A program made the translations under genes and the position numbers. Below are positions 43,184-52,350 of a DNA stretch of 64,000 nucleotides, in pieces. Source of the stretch: Candidatus Paceibacter normanii SCGC AAA255-P19 (lineage in GTDB: Bacteria; Patescibacteriota; Minisyncoccia; Minisyncoccales; Paceibacteraceae). Below the pieces are notes generated by a model. That model made no database searches. It was given only the letters and a program-made list of their open reading frames with translations, and was not told the DNA's origin. The DNA is taken from contig ASKX01000003.1 of NCBI GenBank assembly GCA_000398025.1, positions 6,143 through 70,142 of the forward strand. Reading direction: 5' to 3'. The stretch's first letter is position 1. Each line of letters starts with the position of its first letter.

Positions 43184-45254
43184 TACCGGGCCACTCTTCT
43201 ATTATTAAATATCTTTTATCTTTTATTGGAAGTTTTTGGTATATCTCTTCAGTGATGAAGGGGATAAACGGGTGTAGAAGTTTTAGAGAGGTTAGTAATA
43301 CATATAATAATACTTTTTGACTTTCAACTTTTGAACTTTGAACTTTGAACTTTTCTATGTAGATATCACAAAAATCATGCCAGAAAAAACTATAAAGCTG
43401 CCTAGCTGCCGCCCCAAACCTAAAACTCCCCAAATCCTTATTCACCGACTTAATTATTTTGTCTAACGCCTTCAGTATTTTTTTATCCGCCAAAGTTAAA
43501 TTTTTAGATTTGGAAATTGCCTGCCCCGTAGGAAGCCGAAGGCTTTCCTTCGGGGGAAATTGCATTAGCACAAACCGGCTGGCATTCCATACTTTATTAC
43601 AGAACTTCCTTCCCATCACAATGTTATCTTCCACAAATCGGATATCTTGCCCTCCCATTATTTGCCAGGCGATACCAAAACGAGTGGCATCAGCTCCATA
43701 TTTTTCACAAAGCACTAAAGGATCTATACCGGTTCCCAAAGATTTAGACATTCTTTTTCCTTCTCGGGTTAAAACTGTGGCGTGAATATAGACATCTTGA
43801 AAAGGAGCTTTTTTCATAAATTCTATTCCTGAAAATATCATTCTAGCCACCCATAAGTTTATAATTCCCCGGTCAGTAGAAAGCACATTGGTCGGATAAA
43901 ACGTTTTTAAATCTTTAGTTTTTTTAGGCCAGCCCAAAGTGGCAAAGGGCCAGAGAGCAGAAGAAAACCAAGTATCCAAAACATCATCTGCCCCTTTTAT
44001 TGGGATTTTATGGCCCCACCAGATTTGCCGGGAAATACACCAATCTCTAACGTTCTTTAACCAATTAAAATAAACTTTCTCCCAACGTTTAGGATGAAAC
44101 TTCACCTTTCCTGATTTTACTGCTTCAATCGCCGTTTTAGCTAATTGGTCCATTTTTAAGAACCGCTGTTCAGAAGGAATTAACTCCAAAGTGGTGCCAC
44201 AACGATAACATTTGGGCACTTGATGCGAATAGTCTTTGACTTTTTCTAAAAGTCCAAGTTTTTTTAAATCTTCAACTACTTTTTGCCGAGCTTCCAGCGC
44301 TTTCATTCCCTGATAAGGAAGAGGGGCAGCTTTGGTAATTTTCCCTTGCTCGTCGATCACCTGAACCTGCGGCAAATTATGCCTTTGAGAGATTTCATAA
44401 TCTGTTAAATCGTGAGCCGGAGTGATTTTTACTGCTCCCGTTCCAAATTCTGGATCAACTAATCTATCAGCAATAATAGGAATAACTCTATTAGCTAGAG
44501 GCAAAGTTACCTTTTCCCCAACCAATTTTTTATATCTTTTATCTTTAGGATTAACTGCTACAGCCGTATCTCCCAACATTGTTTCTGGCCTAGTCGTTGC
44601 GACGATAATAAAATTATCGTCGTCTTTTTTTATGGGATATTTTAGATACCAAAGTTTCCCTTTTTCTTCTTTATATTCTATCTCAAGGTCAGATAGTGAT
44701 GTTTGGCATCTTGGGCACCAATTAACCACCCTTTTTCCTTTATATATCCAGCCTTTTTTCTGATAATGCTGGAAGCAGGTTTGGACTGCTCTAACATATT
44801 CTTTATCCATAGTGAACCTGGTTCGCGACCAGTCACAAGAGCAACCCAACTTTTTGAATTGTTCTAAGATAATGTTGCCGTATTTCTCTTTCCATTGCCA
44901 AACTCTTTCAATAAATTGATCTTGGCCCAAATCAAACCTATTCTTCCCCTCCTTTTTTAATTCCCTTTCCACTACGTTTTGAGTGGCGATACCAGCATGG
45001 TCAGTGCCTGGCAACCATAAAGCCTTATATCCTTGAGTTCTCTTCCAGCGAATTAAAATATCTTGGCAGACAACATTTAAAGCGTGGCCCATGTGCAGGG
45101 AGCCAGTAATATTGGGCGGAGGAATCAAAATTGTGTAGGGCTTTTTCCTTTTGCCAGGTAGTTTATCTGGATTAAAAAAACTACCCTTTTCCCAAAGATT
45201 ATAAATTTTCCCCTCAACCTTTTTGGGCTCATAGATTTTTGGCAGTTTCGCCAT
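43176..45254 (-). CDS. valS: Valine--tRNA ligase (short, 692 aa)
   Basis: PPPNITGSLHMGHAL (HIGH), KMSKSLG (KMSKS), and an editing-domain TTRPETMLGD motif. Confidence 0.9.
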   Translation of the reverse strand: MAKLPKIYEPKKVEGKIYNLWEKGSFFNPDKLPGKRKKPYTILIPPPNITGSLHMGHALNVVCQDILIRWKRTQGYKALWLPGTDHAGIATQNVVERELKKEGKNRFDLGQDQFIERVWQWKEKYGNIILEQFKKLGCSCDWSRTRFTMDKEYVRAVQTCFQHYQKKGWIYKGKRVVNWCPRCQTSLSDLEIEYKEEKGKLWYLKYPIKKDDDNFIIVATTRPETMLGDTAVAVNPKDKRYKKLVGEKVTLPLANRVIPIIADRLVDPEFGTGAVKITPAHDLTDYEISQRHNLPQVQVIDEQGKITKAAPLPYQGMKALEARQKVVEDLKKLGLLEKVKDYSHQVPKCYRCGTTLELIPSEQRFLKMDQLAKTAIEAVKSGKVKFHPKRWEKVYFNWLKNVRDWCISRQIWWGHKIPIKGADDVLDTWFSSALWPFATLGWPKKTKDLKTFYPTNVLSTDRGIINLWVARMIFSGIEFMKKAPFQDVYIHATVLTREGKRMSKSLGTGIDPLVLCEKYGADATRFGIAWQIMGGQDIRFVEDNIVMGRKFCNKVWNASRFVLMQFPPKESLRLPTGQAISKSKNLTLADKKILKALDKIIKSVNKDLGSFRFGAAARQLYSFFWHDFCDIYIEKFKVQSSKVESQKVLLYVLLTSLKLLHPFIPFITEEIYQKLPIKDKRYLIIEEWPGSR
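43318..43355. repeat. ACTTTGA heptamer run inside valS
   Basis: TTGACTTTCA-ACTTTTGA-ACTTTGA-ACTTTGA-ACTTTTC, encoding KFKVQSSKVESQKV near the C-terminus. Confidence 0.6.
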
Positions 45255-45366
45255 ATATTAAATAATTTTATCCTTTTTCTTGATGGTTCGTCTATACTCA
45301 CCATCAATCCTGAGTATAACCGAAGGATTGATTTTTTTCAATTTTTTGTTAGAATAATCTTGATTT

Positions 45367-45438
45367 GGCCCCATCGTCTATCGGCCAGGACATTAGGTTT
45401 TCATCCTAAAAAGCGGGGTTCGACTCCCCGTGGGGCCG
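45367..45438 (+). tRNA. tRNA-Glu(UUC)
   Basis: Acceptor GGCCCCA/TGGGGCC, anticodon loop TTTTCAT, T-loop TTCGACT. Confidence 0.9.
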
Positions 45439-45439
45439 C

Positions 45440-46981
45440 ATGTCAAAAGATTACATTAATCTCAGCCGGGCCCAGGACCTTAAAAATCCCAAAGAGAGAA
45501 TTATTTACCGCTTTTTTGAAGCTCTTCCCGTCACTCTTTCTTTAGGAACCCTGGGCTTTGTTTTTCTTCTCTCTTGGCTAGCACCAGCAGTGATAGCCAT
45601 TTTTATTATTGCCTTTGATCTTTATTGGTTGTTAAGAATTAGTTATTTAGCTTGCCATCAAATAGTTAGCTACAAGCAAATGGAAAAAAACCTTATCACC
45701 GATTGGACAGCTAAACTCAACCAACTGCCAGCCAGAAAATGGCAAGACATCTATCATCTGATAATCCTCCCTATGTACAAAGAAGGCATTGAGATAGTTA
45801 AACCTACCGCCCAGTCTTTAGTCGAAGCTGATTATCCTAAAGATAAAATGATAGTGGTTTTAGCCACCGAAGAAAGAGCCGGTGAGGTGGCTCAAAAAGT
45901 AGCTAAAGAAATTAAAAAAGAGTTTGCCTCAAAATTTCCCCACTTTTTAGTAACCACTCATCCCCAAGACATTATTGGAGAGGTGGCCGGCAAAGGTTCT
46001 AACGAAGCTTGGGCAGTGAAAAAAACCAAAGAGGAGATTATTGACAAGCTAACTATACCCTACGAGAATATTATTGTTTCCGGATTTGATATTGATACCC
46101 GGCCCGAACCCCAATATTTTAGCTGTTTAACCTGGCATTATTTAACCGCTGAAAATCCTTTAAGGTCCAGTTATCAGCCTGTCCCTGTTTACAATAACAA
46201 TATTTGGGATGCCCCGGCTTTTTCTCGAGTCATCTCCAGCTCGGGTACTTTCTGGCAAATGATGCAGCAAGAAAGACAAGAACAACTGGTAACCTATTCA
46301 GCTCACTCCATGCCTTATAAAATTTTTGAAGAATTGGATTATCCTCGAAACATTGTGGCTGATGATTCCCATATCTTCTGGAAGGCCTACTTCCGCTACG
46401 ACGGAGATTATCGGGTCGTTCCTCTACATTATCCGGTTTCCATGGATGCGGTTATGGCTAAAAATTTATTTAGAACTGCTCTTAATCAATACCGCCAACA
46501 AAGGCGCTGGGCTTGGGGCTGCGTAGAAATACCTTATCTTCTTTATGGTTTTTTAAAAAATAAAAAAATCCCCCTTTGGAACAAGATTCGCCACTCTTTA
46601 ATTGTTATCGAGGGTTTTTGGTCTTGGGCGACGGCGGCTTTACTGATTTTCTTTTTGGGCTGGTTACCTCTAATGCTGGGAGGAGAAAGTTTCAACATCA
46701 CTTTACTCTCTTATAATTTGCCCAAAATTACCAGTTATATTATGACCGTAGCCATGATTGGCATGGTAATTTCGGCCATTGTCAGTATGTTGCTTTTGCC
46801 TCCTCGGCCTCCAGATTACTCTCGCTGGAAAAATTTATCTATGGTTTTACAGTGGCTCTTGCTGCCTGTTACCTTAATTATTTTTGGCACTTTTCCGGCC
46901 TTGGACGCTCAAATCAGGTTGTTAGCGGGAAAACATTTAGGTTTCTGGGTTACAGAAAAAGTCCGCAAAAAATCATTCTAG
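45440..46981 (+). CDS. Membrane-bound family 2 glycosyltransferase (processive, cellulose/chitin-synthase-like)
   Basis: Two N-terminal TM segments, a GT-A core (ILPMYKE, GFDIDT), QRRRWAWG-like QQRRWAWG motif, and C-terminal TM segments. Confidence 0.75.
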   Translation: MSKDYINLSRAQDLKNPKERIIYRFFEALPVTLSLGTLGFVFLLSWLAPAVIAIFIIAFDLYWLLRISYLACHQIVSYKQMEKNLITDWTAKLNQLPARKWQDIYHLIILPMYKEGIEIVKPTAQSLVEADYPKDKMIVVLATEERAGEVAQKVAKEIKKEFASKFPHFLVTTHPQDIIGEVAGKGSNEAWAVKKTKEEIIDKLTIPYENIIVSGFDIDTRPEPQYFSCLTWHYLTAENPLRSSYQPVPVYNNNIWDAPAFSRVISSSGTFWQMMQQERQEQLVTYSAHSMPYKIFEELDYPRNIVADDSHIFWKAYFRYDGDYRVVPLHYPVSMDAVMAKNLFRTALNQYRQQRRWAWGCVEIPYLLYGFLKNKKIPLWNKIRHSLIVIEGFWSWATAALLIFFLGWLPLMLGGESFNITLLSYNLPKITSYIMTVAMIGMVISAIVSMLLLPPRPPDYSRWKNLSMVLQWLLLPVTLIIFGTFPALDAQIRLLAGKHLGFWVTEKVRKKSF

Positions 46982-49060
46982 ATGTGTTCTCGTTTGAAGC
47001 TCTTCTAACTCCCTCTTTAGCGAGGGATATTTTTTTAATTCTGGATCCTCTTTCAGAATTTCTTTCGCCGCCGCTCGTGTTTTTTCAACTAGTTCAATAT
47101 CTCTTAGGGAAGCCATAACAAAATCAGGGATTCCCCACTGTCTTTGGCCGGTTAAATCCCCTGGCCCTCTCAATTTTAAATCTTTTTCTGCTAATTCAAA
47201 TCCGTCTTGAGACGACACCATTGCTTTCAGTCGAGGATTGCTTTGAAATTCACTGAAAAGAAAGCAGAATGACTGATGCTTTCCTCTTCCTACCCTTCCT
47301 CTAAATTGGTGCAGTTGAGCCAATCCAAATTTTTCTGCTCCCTCTATCATCATTAGTGTGGCATTAGGAAAATCGATACCTACTTCTATTACCGAAGTGG
47401 AAACTAAAACGCCTATTTTTTTATTTCTAAAACTTTTTAAGACATCTTCTTTTTCGTCAACTTTCATTTTTCCGTGAAGCATTCCGACGTTTAGGTCGGG
47501 AAAAATCTCTTTTGACAATTTTTCATATTCCTTTTTAACCGCTTTTACTTCTGCCCAACTCTCTTTTTCGGTGTCGGCCTCAATCCTGGGACAAATCACA
47601 AAGACCTGTCTTCCCGATTTGACCTCCTGTCTTATAAAATCATAGGACTCTCTTCTTTTTTCCGGCGGAACAATTCTGGTAATTATTTTTTTTCTACCTT
47701 TGGGGACTTCTTTGATTAAAGATAAATCTAGGTCGCCGTAAATGGTTAAGGCGAGCGTCCGGGGGATAGGGGTAGCTGACATTGAAAGAAGGTGGGGCAG
47801 AAAACTCTGTTTCCGGCAAAGTTTTGCCCTTTGTTCTATTCCGAAGCGGTGCTGTTCGTCAATTATTGCCAGCCCTAAGTTTTTAAATTCCACTTTTTCT
47901 CGGACTAAAGCATGAGTGCCTATTAAAATATCAATTTTCCCGCTCTTTGTTTTTTCTAAAAGATCGATTCTCTTAATTTTTTTTCCATTGAATAAATTTT
48001 CTTTCCCGGTAATTAAACCGATATTTAATTTAAAACCTTTCAGTAAGTCCTTTACTGTTTTTGAGTGCTGTTTGGTTAAAATCTCGGTTGGAGCCATAAA
48101 GGCAACTTGAAACCCGGCCCTAACCGTGTTTAAAGCCGCCATTACTGCCACCACCGTTTTGCCAGAGCCAACGTCTCCGTCCAAAAGGCGGTTCATTGGT
48201 TTTGGCTTCTCCAAATCTTTTAAAATTTGCCAGGCCGATTTTTTTTGATCGACAGTCAGTTTAAAAGGAAGCTTGGCAGTAAACTTTTTAATTAATTCAA
48301 GGTCTATGGGGATAGCTGTTGCTTTTTCTCTGGCTAATTTTAGTTTCTCTCTTAAGATTATAAGCGCTAATTCAAAAAGTTCTTCAAAGACAAATCTTTT
48401 TTTCGCCAAATCAGCTTTCTCTAAAACGTCGGGAAAGTGTATCTGCCAAACGGCCTCTTTTACTGGCATAAGATTATACTTTATTTTTATTTCTTCCGGC
48501 AGAAATTCGGGGATTTCATTTTTTAATTTGACTAAAAGCGGTTTTATTATAAATCTCAACCACCTTGAAGACATTCCTTCGGTTTCGGGATAAACCGGGA
48601 TTATTCTTCCTGTGTGAACAGAATCATATTTGGCTCCGTTTCCAATAAACCGAGGAGGAATTTTTTCATAAGCCGGGCTCGATAAATATTTTTTTCCGTT
48701 TTTTGAAGTTGTCTTTCCGGCCAGAAAAACAAAATCACCTTTTTTAAAGGTGTTTATTAAATAGGGCTGGTTAAACCAAGTGACTCTTGTGACTCCCGAC
48801 TCATCGGCAACCCGCGCCTCGGTTATGGTCATTCTTCTTTTAAAAATCCTGATATTCTTAATATCCGCAATTTCTCCCTGGACGCAGGCAGTTTTCCCGA
48901 CTTCCAAAACAGAAATAGGAGTTATATCTGAGAAATCTTCGTAGCGAAAAGGAAAATGAAAAAACAGTTCGCCGACTGTCTTAATTCCAAGCCGTTTTAA
49001 CCTTGCTTGGTATTGGGGACCAACCCGAGGAATTTCTTCAACTGGCGTAGTTAAATCCAT
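46973..49060 (-). CDS. recG: ATP-dependent DNA helicase RecG
   Basis: Wedge/OB N-domain. Walker A GDVGSGKT, DEQHRFG box, and the TPIPRTLA RecG signature. Confidence 0.9.
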   Translation of the reverse strand: MDLTTPVEEIPRVGPQYQARLKRLGIKTVGELFFHFPFRYEDFSDITPISVLEVGKTACVQGEIADIKNIRIFKRRMTITEARVADESGVTRVTWFNQPYLINTFKKGDFVFLAGKTTSKNGKKYLSSPAYEKIPPRFIGNGAKYDSVHTGRIIPVYPETEGMSSRWLRFIIKPLLVKLKNEIPEFLPEEIKIKYNLMPVKEAVWQIHFPDVLEKADLAKKRFVFEELFELALIILREKLKLAREKATAIPIDLELIKKFTAKLPFKLTVDQKKSAWQILKDLEKPKPMNRLLDGDVGSGKTVVAVMAALNTVRAGFQVAFMAPTEILTKQHSKTVKDLLKGFKLNIGLITGKENLFNGKKIKRIDLLEKTKSGKIDILIGTHALVREKVEFKNLGLAIIDEQHRFGIEQRAKLCRKQSFLPHLLSMSATPIPRTLALTIYGDLDLSLIKEVPKGRKKIITRIVPPEKRRESYDFIRQEVKSGRQVFVICPRIEADTEKESWAEVKAVKKEYEKLSKEIFPDLNVGMLHGKMKVDEKEDVLKSFRNKKIGVLVSTSVIEVGIDFPNATLMMIEGAEKFGLAQLHQFRGRVGRGKHQSFCFLFSEFQSNPRLKAMVSSQDGFELAEKDLKLRGPGDLTGQRQWGIPDFVMASLRDIELVEKTRAAAKEILKEDPELKKYPSLKRELEELQTRTHLE

Positions 49061-49061
49061 G

Positions 49062-49133
49062 TGCCCTCGAAGGGAATCGAACCCCTACCTGGAACTCCGC
49101 AAGTTCCCGTTCTGTCCATTAAACTACGAGGGC
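49062..49133 (-). tRNA. tRNA-Arg(GCG)
   Basis: Acceptor GCCCTCG/CGAGGGC, anticodon stem GGAAC/GTTCC, loop TTGCGGA, T-loop TTCGATT. Confidence 0.85.
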
Positions 49134-49139
49134 AAAAAG

Positions 49140-49226
49140 CGGTGGGAGAGGGATTCGAACCCCCGGTACTCTTCCGAGTACTCCGGTTTTCAAAACCGGT
49201 GCAATCGTCCACTCTGCCATCCCACC
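49140..49226 (-). tRNA. tRNA-Ser(UGA)
   Basis: Acceptor GGTGGGA/TCCCACC, anticodon loop TTTGAAA, long variable arm AGTACTCGGAAGAGTACC. Confidence 0.9.
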
Positions 49227-49238
49227 CCGAAGGACGGG

Positions 49239-49329
49239 CGGAGAGGGTGGGATTTGAACCCACGATACGAGTATTACCCCGCATAACGGGTTAGCAACCC
49301 GCCGCTTTCAACCGCTCAGCCACCTCTCC
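49239..49329 (-). tRNA. tRNA-Ser(GCU)
   Basis: Acceptor GGAGAGG/CCTCTCC, anticodon loop TTGCTAA, long variable arm, T-loop TTCAAAT. Confidence 0.9.
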
Positions 49330-49375
49330 AACTACTCCCTATTTTAGCTTCAAAATTGACTAAAGTCAACTTAAT

Positions 49376-50101
49376 TTATCCGCGAGCTACTGCTAAACCA
49401 ATAATTTCTTTGGAGCCGGCTTTTTTAAGGACTCGGGCGCACTCGGTCATGGTAGCGCCGCTGGTATAAACGTCGTTAATTAAAAGAATCTTTTTTCCTC
49501 TTACTGTCTCCGGGTTTTGGCAGAGAAACGCCCCTTTAATGTTCTCTTCCCTTTCCTTATCTGAAAGCTCTACCTGAGGTAGAGTATTTTTTATTTTTAC
49601 CAAAACATTATTCAACAGGGGGATTCCCCAAAATTGGGCTAAATTGTCACCAATCTCTTCTGCCTGGTTAAACCCTCGCCACCTTAATCTCTTTTTTCCC
49701 AGAGGCACAGGAACTAAAAAGAAATCAGTAAAGCTTGGCGGCTTCTCGATCAATTGAAAGTGTTCTATTATTAAAGAAGCTAAAGGTTCAGCTAGTTCCT
49801 TAATAAAGGGTTCGTATTTAAACTTTTGGATGAGTTTTCTAGTTAAAGGCTTTTGATAGTCGGCAGCAAAATATAAATCAGCCAGTTCAGCCGTGGAATA
49901 TGGTCGAAGAGGATAAATCCTCTTCTCCTCCCTTCGCTGTCGCTCGGGATTTTGATGAAAACCGGAAATCTCCAAGCATCCTTGGCAATCGTCGCAAAGA
50001 TAGCTACCTTCTTTTTGACAGCCAAGGCATTGTTTCGGAAAAAAGAGATCAAAAAGATAATTTTTAATTCCTTTCCCCATCGAAATAAATTGAAAATTCA
50101 T
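49376..50101 (-). CDS. comF: ComF-family phosphoribosyltransferase-like competence protein with in-frame R1 insert
   Basis: N-terminal zinc ribbon CLGC...CDDC. C-terminal PRT motif ILLINDVYTSGATM. Alternative start at M8 (50080). Confidence 0.8.
   Translation of the reverse strand: MNFQFISMGKGIKNYLFDLFFPKQCLGCQKEGSYLCDDCQGCLEISGFHQNPERQRREEKRIYPLRPYSTAELADLYFAADYQKPLTRKLIQKFKYEPFIKELAEPLASLIIEHFQLIEKPPSFTDFFLVPVPLGKKRLRWRGFNQAEEIGDNLAQFWGIPLLNNVLVKIKNTLPQVELSDKEREENIKGAFLCQNPETVRGKKILLINDVYTSGATMTECARVLKKAGSKEIIGLAVARG
49903..49950 (-). repeat. R1 unit inside comF, read in a different frame
   Basis: Minus strand reads ATCCCGAGCGACAGCGAAGGGAGGAGAAGAGGATTTATCCTCTTCGACC. It translates as PERQRREEKRIYPLRP. 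Confidence 0.75.
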
Positions 50102-50135
50102 TGAAGATTGAAATGAATTGAAAATTCATTGAATA
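50083..50135. repeat. R2-type AT-rich repeat/hairpin cluster in the comF/pilM2 divergent region
   Basis: The 14-mer TTGAAAATTCATTG occurs twice here and once at 24647..24660. Overlapping palindromes AATTCATT/AATGAATT. Confidence 0.65.
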
Positions 50136-50156
50136 TAGTATTTTTAATTGTATAAT
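50129..50156 (+). promoter_or_regulatory. Sigma70-like promoter of T4P locus 2
   Basis: TTGAAT, 16 nt, TATAAT. The SD AAAGGAG and ATG 50175 follow. Confidence 0.55.
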
Positions 50157-50174
50157 GATACAATAAAAGGAGCT

Positions 50175-51287
50175 ATGCTTTGGACGCCCTTAAAATTAAT
50201 TCCCAAAACATCTTTGGGAATAGACATTGGCACTTCTTCCATCAAGATAGTGGAATTGAGCAAATCTAGAGAAAGAGAGAGGTTAAAAAATTACGGAGAG
50301 ATAGAGGCCTCGGTCCTTTATCAGAAACCCTTTAGAACATTTGAAAAAAACACCCTTTTATTCTCTTCCCGAGATGTTGCCAAAGCCATAAAAGCAATAA
50401 TCGAAGAAGCAGGGATGAAGACCCGTCAGGCGGTTTTTTCCATCCCCGATTTTTCCAGTTTTTTTACCACTTTTGATCTGCCGTCCATGGCCAAAGAAGA
50501 ATTGTCTCAGGCCGTCACTTACGAAGCCAGGCGACACATTCCTTTACCTTTGGGAGAAGTAACCATTGACTGGGAAGTAATTGAAGGCCAGCTTTCCGAC
50601 CAGAAAAAGTCCTCTCTGAAGGTTCTTTTAGTTGCTGTTCCTAATGAGGTTATTAATCAATATCGAGAGATTGCCAAATTTTCTGAGCTTGAACTCTTTG
50701 CCCTAGAAGCCGAAGTGTTTGGTTTGGTAAGGTCGCTGGTTTCTGAAGATGAAAAAAGAGTAATCTTTTTGGTAGATATTGGCGCCCAAAGCACTACTTG
50801 TAGCATTATTGAAAAAAAGGTTCTTAAGAAGTCGCACAGCTTTAATGCTTCTGGAAACGAACTGACTGAACAGGTAGCTAAGAGTTTATCGGTTGGTTAC
50901 AAAACAGCCAAGGATCTCAAAGAGAAATATGGATTGGAGAATATTCCTCTTCCCCGAGCCCATCTCCCCGTTTCCTCTGAAAGTAAAAGCATTAGAGAAA
51001 TTCTTCTGCCCCTAATTGATATAATCTTAAGAGAAATTGAAAATGTAGCCAGTAATCTTTATCAGATAGAAGGAAAAGAGGTTCAAAAATTCATCATTGC
51101 CGGCGGCACAGCTCTTATCCCGGGATTGCCAGAATATTTCCAGGACTATCTCAAAAAGGAAGTAGAGGTGGCCGACCCTTTTGCTAAAATTTTTTACCCA
51201 CCAATTCTAGAAAAAACAATAAAAAAAATGGGGCCAGCTTATGCTATTGCCGTGGGTATGGCTCAGCGTGGGTTAGAACAAAAATAA
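50175..51287 (+). CDS. pilM: Type IV pilus assembly protein PilM (second copy)
   Basis: SLGIDIGTSSIKIVEL, VDIGAQSTTCSII and IAGGTALIPGL. Start set at the ATG that follows the SD. Confidence 0.85.
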   Translation: MLWTPLKLIPKTSLGIDIGTSSIKIVELSKSRERERLKNYGEIEASVLYQKPFRTFEKNTLLFSSRDVAKAIKAIIEEAGMKTRQAVFSIPDFSSFFTTFDLPSMAKEELSQAVTYEARRHIPLPLGEVTIDWEVIEGQLSDQKKSSLKVLLVAVPNEVINQYREIAKFSELELFALEAEVFGLVRSLVSEDEKRVIFLVDIGAQSTTCSIIEKKVLKKSHSFNASGNELTEQVAKSLSVGYKTAKDLKEKYGLENIPLPRAHLPVSSESKSIREILLPLIDIILREIENVASNLYQIEGKEVQKFIIAGGTALIPGLPEYFQDYLKKEVEVADPFAKIFYPPILEKTIKKMGPAYAIAVGMAQRGLEQK

Positions 51288-51289
51288 TC

Positions 51290-51820
51290 ATGGAAATTAT
51301 TCCCAAAGTAGCTCCCAAATTACCTCCTTGGCAAAATATTCTTTTTTATATTTCGCTAATCACCCTCTTGGTCGTCTTTTTGGGCTATTTTGTTTTGGAT
51401 TATTTTTTAAACAATGCTTCAAAAGCCCTGGAAGGCCTAGAGGAAACCTTGACTCAAGAGAAAACTTCTTCTGAAGTGGTTTTGGAAGAGAAAGTGTTTG
51501 GTTACCAGAAAAAAATTACTGATTTTTCCAAACTAATTGACGAACATCTTTTTACCTCCAATTTCCTTACTTTTCTAGAAGAAACTTGTCATCCTAAGGT
51601 TAAGTTTTCTCAACTTAGTTTAGACGCGGCAGAAAATAAAGCCGTTCTTTTGGGTGAAGCGGAAAATTTTTCCGCCTTGGGCCAACAGATTACAATTTTC
51701 AAGAAAGAGCCAGTTGTTGAAAATGTGAGTCTGTCAAATATCTTGATTGGCAAAATGGGAAAAGTTGATTTTGATTTAAAACTCTTCCTTCAACCCCAAC
51801 TATTTAGTTCAAATGAATAA
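51290..51820 (+). CDS. PilN-position single-pass membrane protein
   Basis: One TM (ILFYISLITLLVVFLGYFVL). Sits between pilM and the pilO-like gene. No INLLP motif. Confidence 0.55.
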   Translation: MEIIPKVAPKLPPWQNILFYISLITLLVVFLGYFVLDYFLNNASKALEGLEETLTQEKTSSEVVLEEKVFGYQKKITDFSKLIDEHLFTSNFLTFLEETCHPKVKFSQLSLDAAENKAVLLGEAENFSALGQQITIFKKEPVVENVSLSNILIGKMGKVDFDLKLFLQPQLFSSNE

Positions 51821-52337
51821 AATTATTACCATTTCCGTTTTATTTTTTCTCGCTTTAGCCTGGGGAATATTTTTTGTTGGCCCTAAGAATGAAGAATTTA
51901 GTTCAATAAAAAAAGAAATTGAGGCAAAGAAAACCGAGCTGCGGTATAAAGAAGAATATTTTACCAATTTAGAACAAGTTTCCCGAGAACTGGAAAATTA
52001 TGAAACCCAGCTCGCTAAAATTGATTCCACTCTTCCTGAAAGTCCGGAATTGCCCGCTCTCTTTGATTTTCTTCAAAAATCAGCTGCCCGTTCAGGACTG
52101 GTTCTAACAGGACTGAACGTGGTTTCGGCTATTTCTCTTCCGTCTGCCAAAGAAAAAACAGGGTTTAAAGAGACCCGTCTTGATTTAATTTTAACTGGTT
52201 CCTATTCAACGCTTAAAAGTTTTCTTTCTGAATTAGAAAAATCAGCTAGGCTGATTGAGGTGGAATTGCTTACTCTTGCTTCTGGCAAAGAGGGGATAAT
52301 TAGCTCTAAAATAAGAATAAAGGTCAACTCGTATTAA
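51813..52337 (+). CDS. pilO: PilO-like pilus assembly protein (second copy)
   Basis: One TM, a coiled coil (KKEIEAKKTELRYKEEYFTNLEQ), and LPALFDFLQKSA as in PilO. Confidence 0.65.
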   Translation: MNKIITISVLFFLALAWGIFFVGPKNEEFSSIKKEIEAKKTELRYKEEYFTNLEQVSRELENYETQLAKIDSTLPESPELPALFDFLQKSAARSGLVLTGLNVVSAISLPSAKEKTGFKETRLDLILTGSYSTLKSFLSELEKSARLIEVELLTLASGKEGIISSKIRIKVNSY

Positions 52338-52350
52338 AATTTAAATTATT

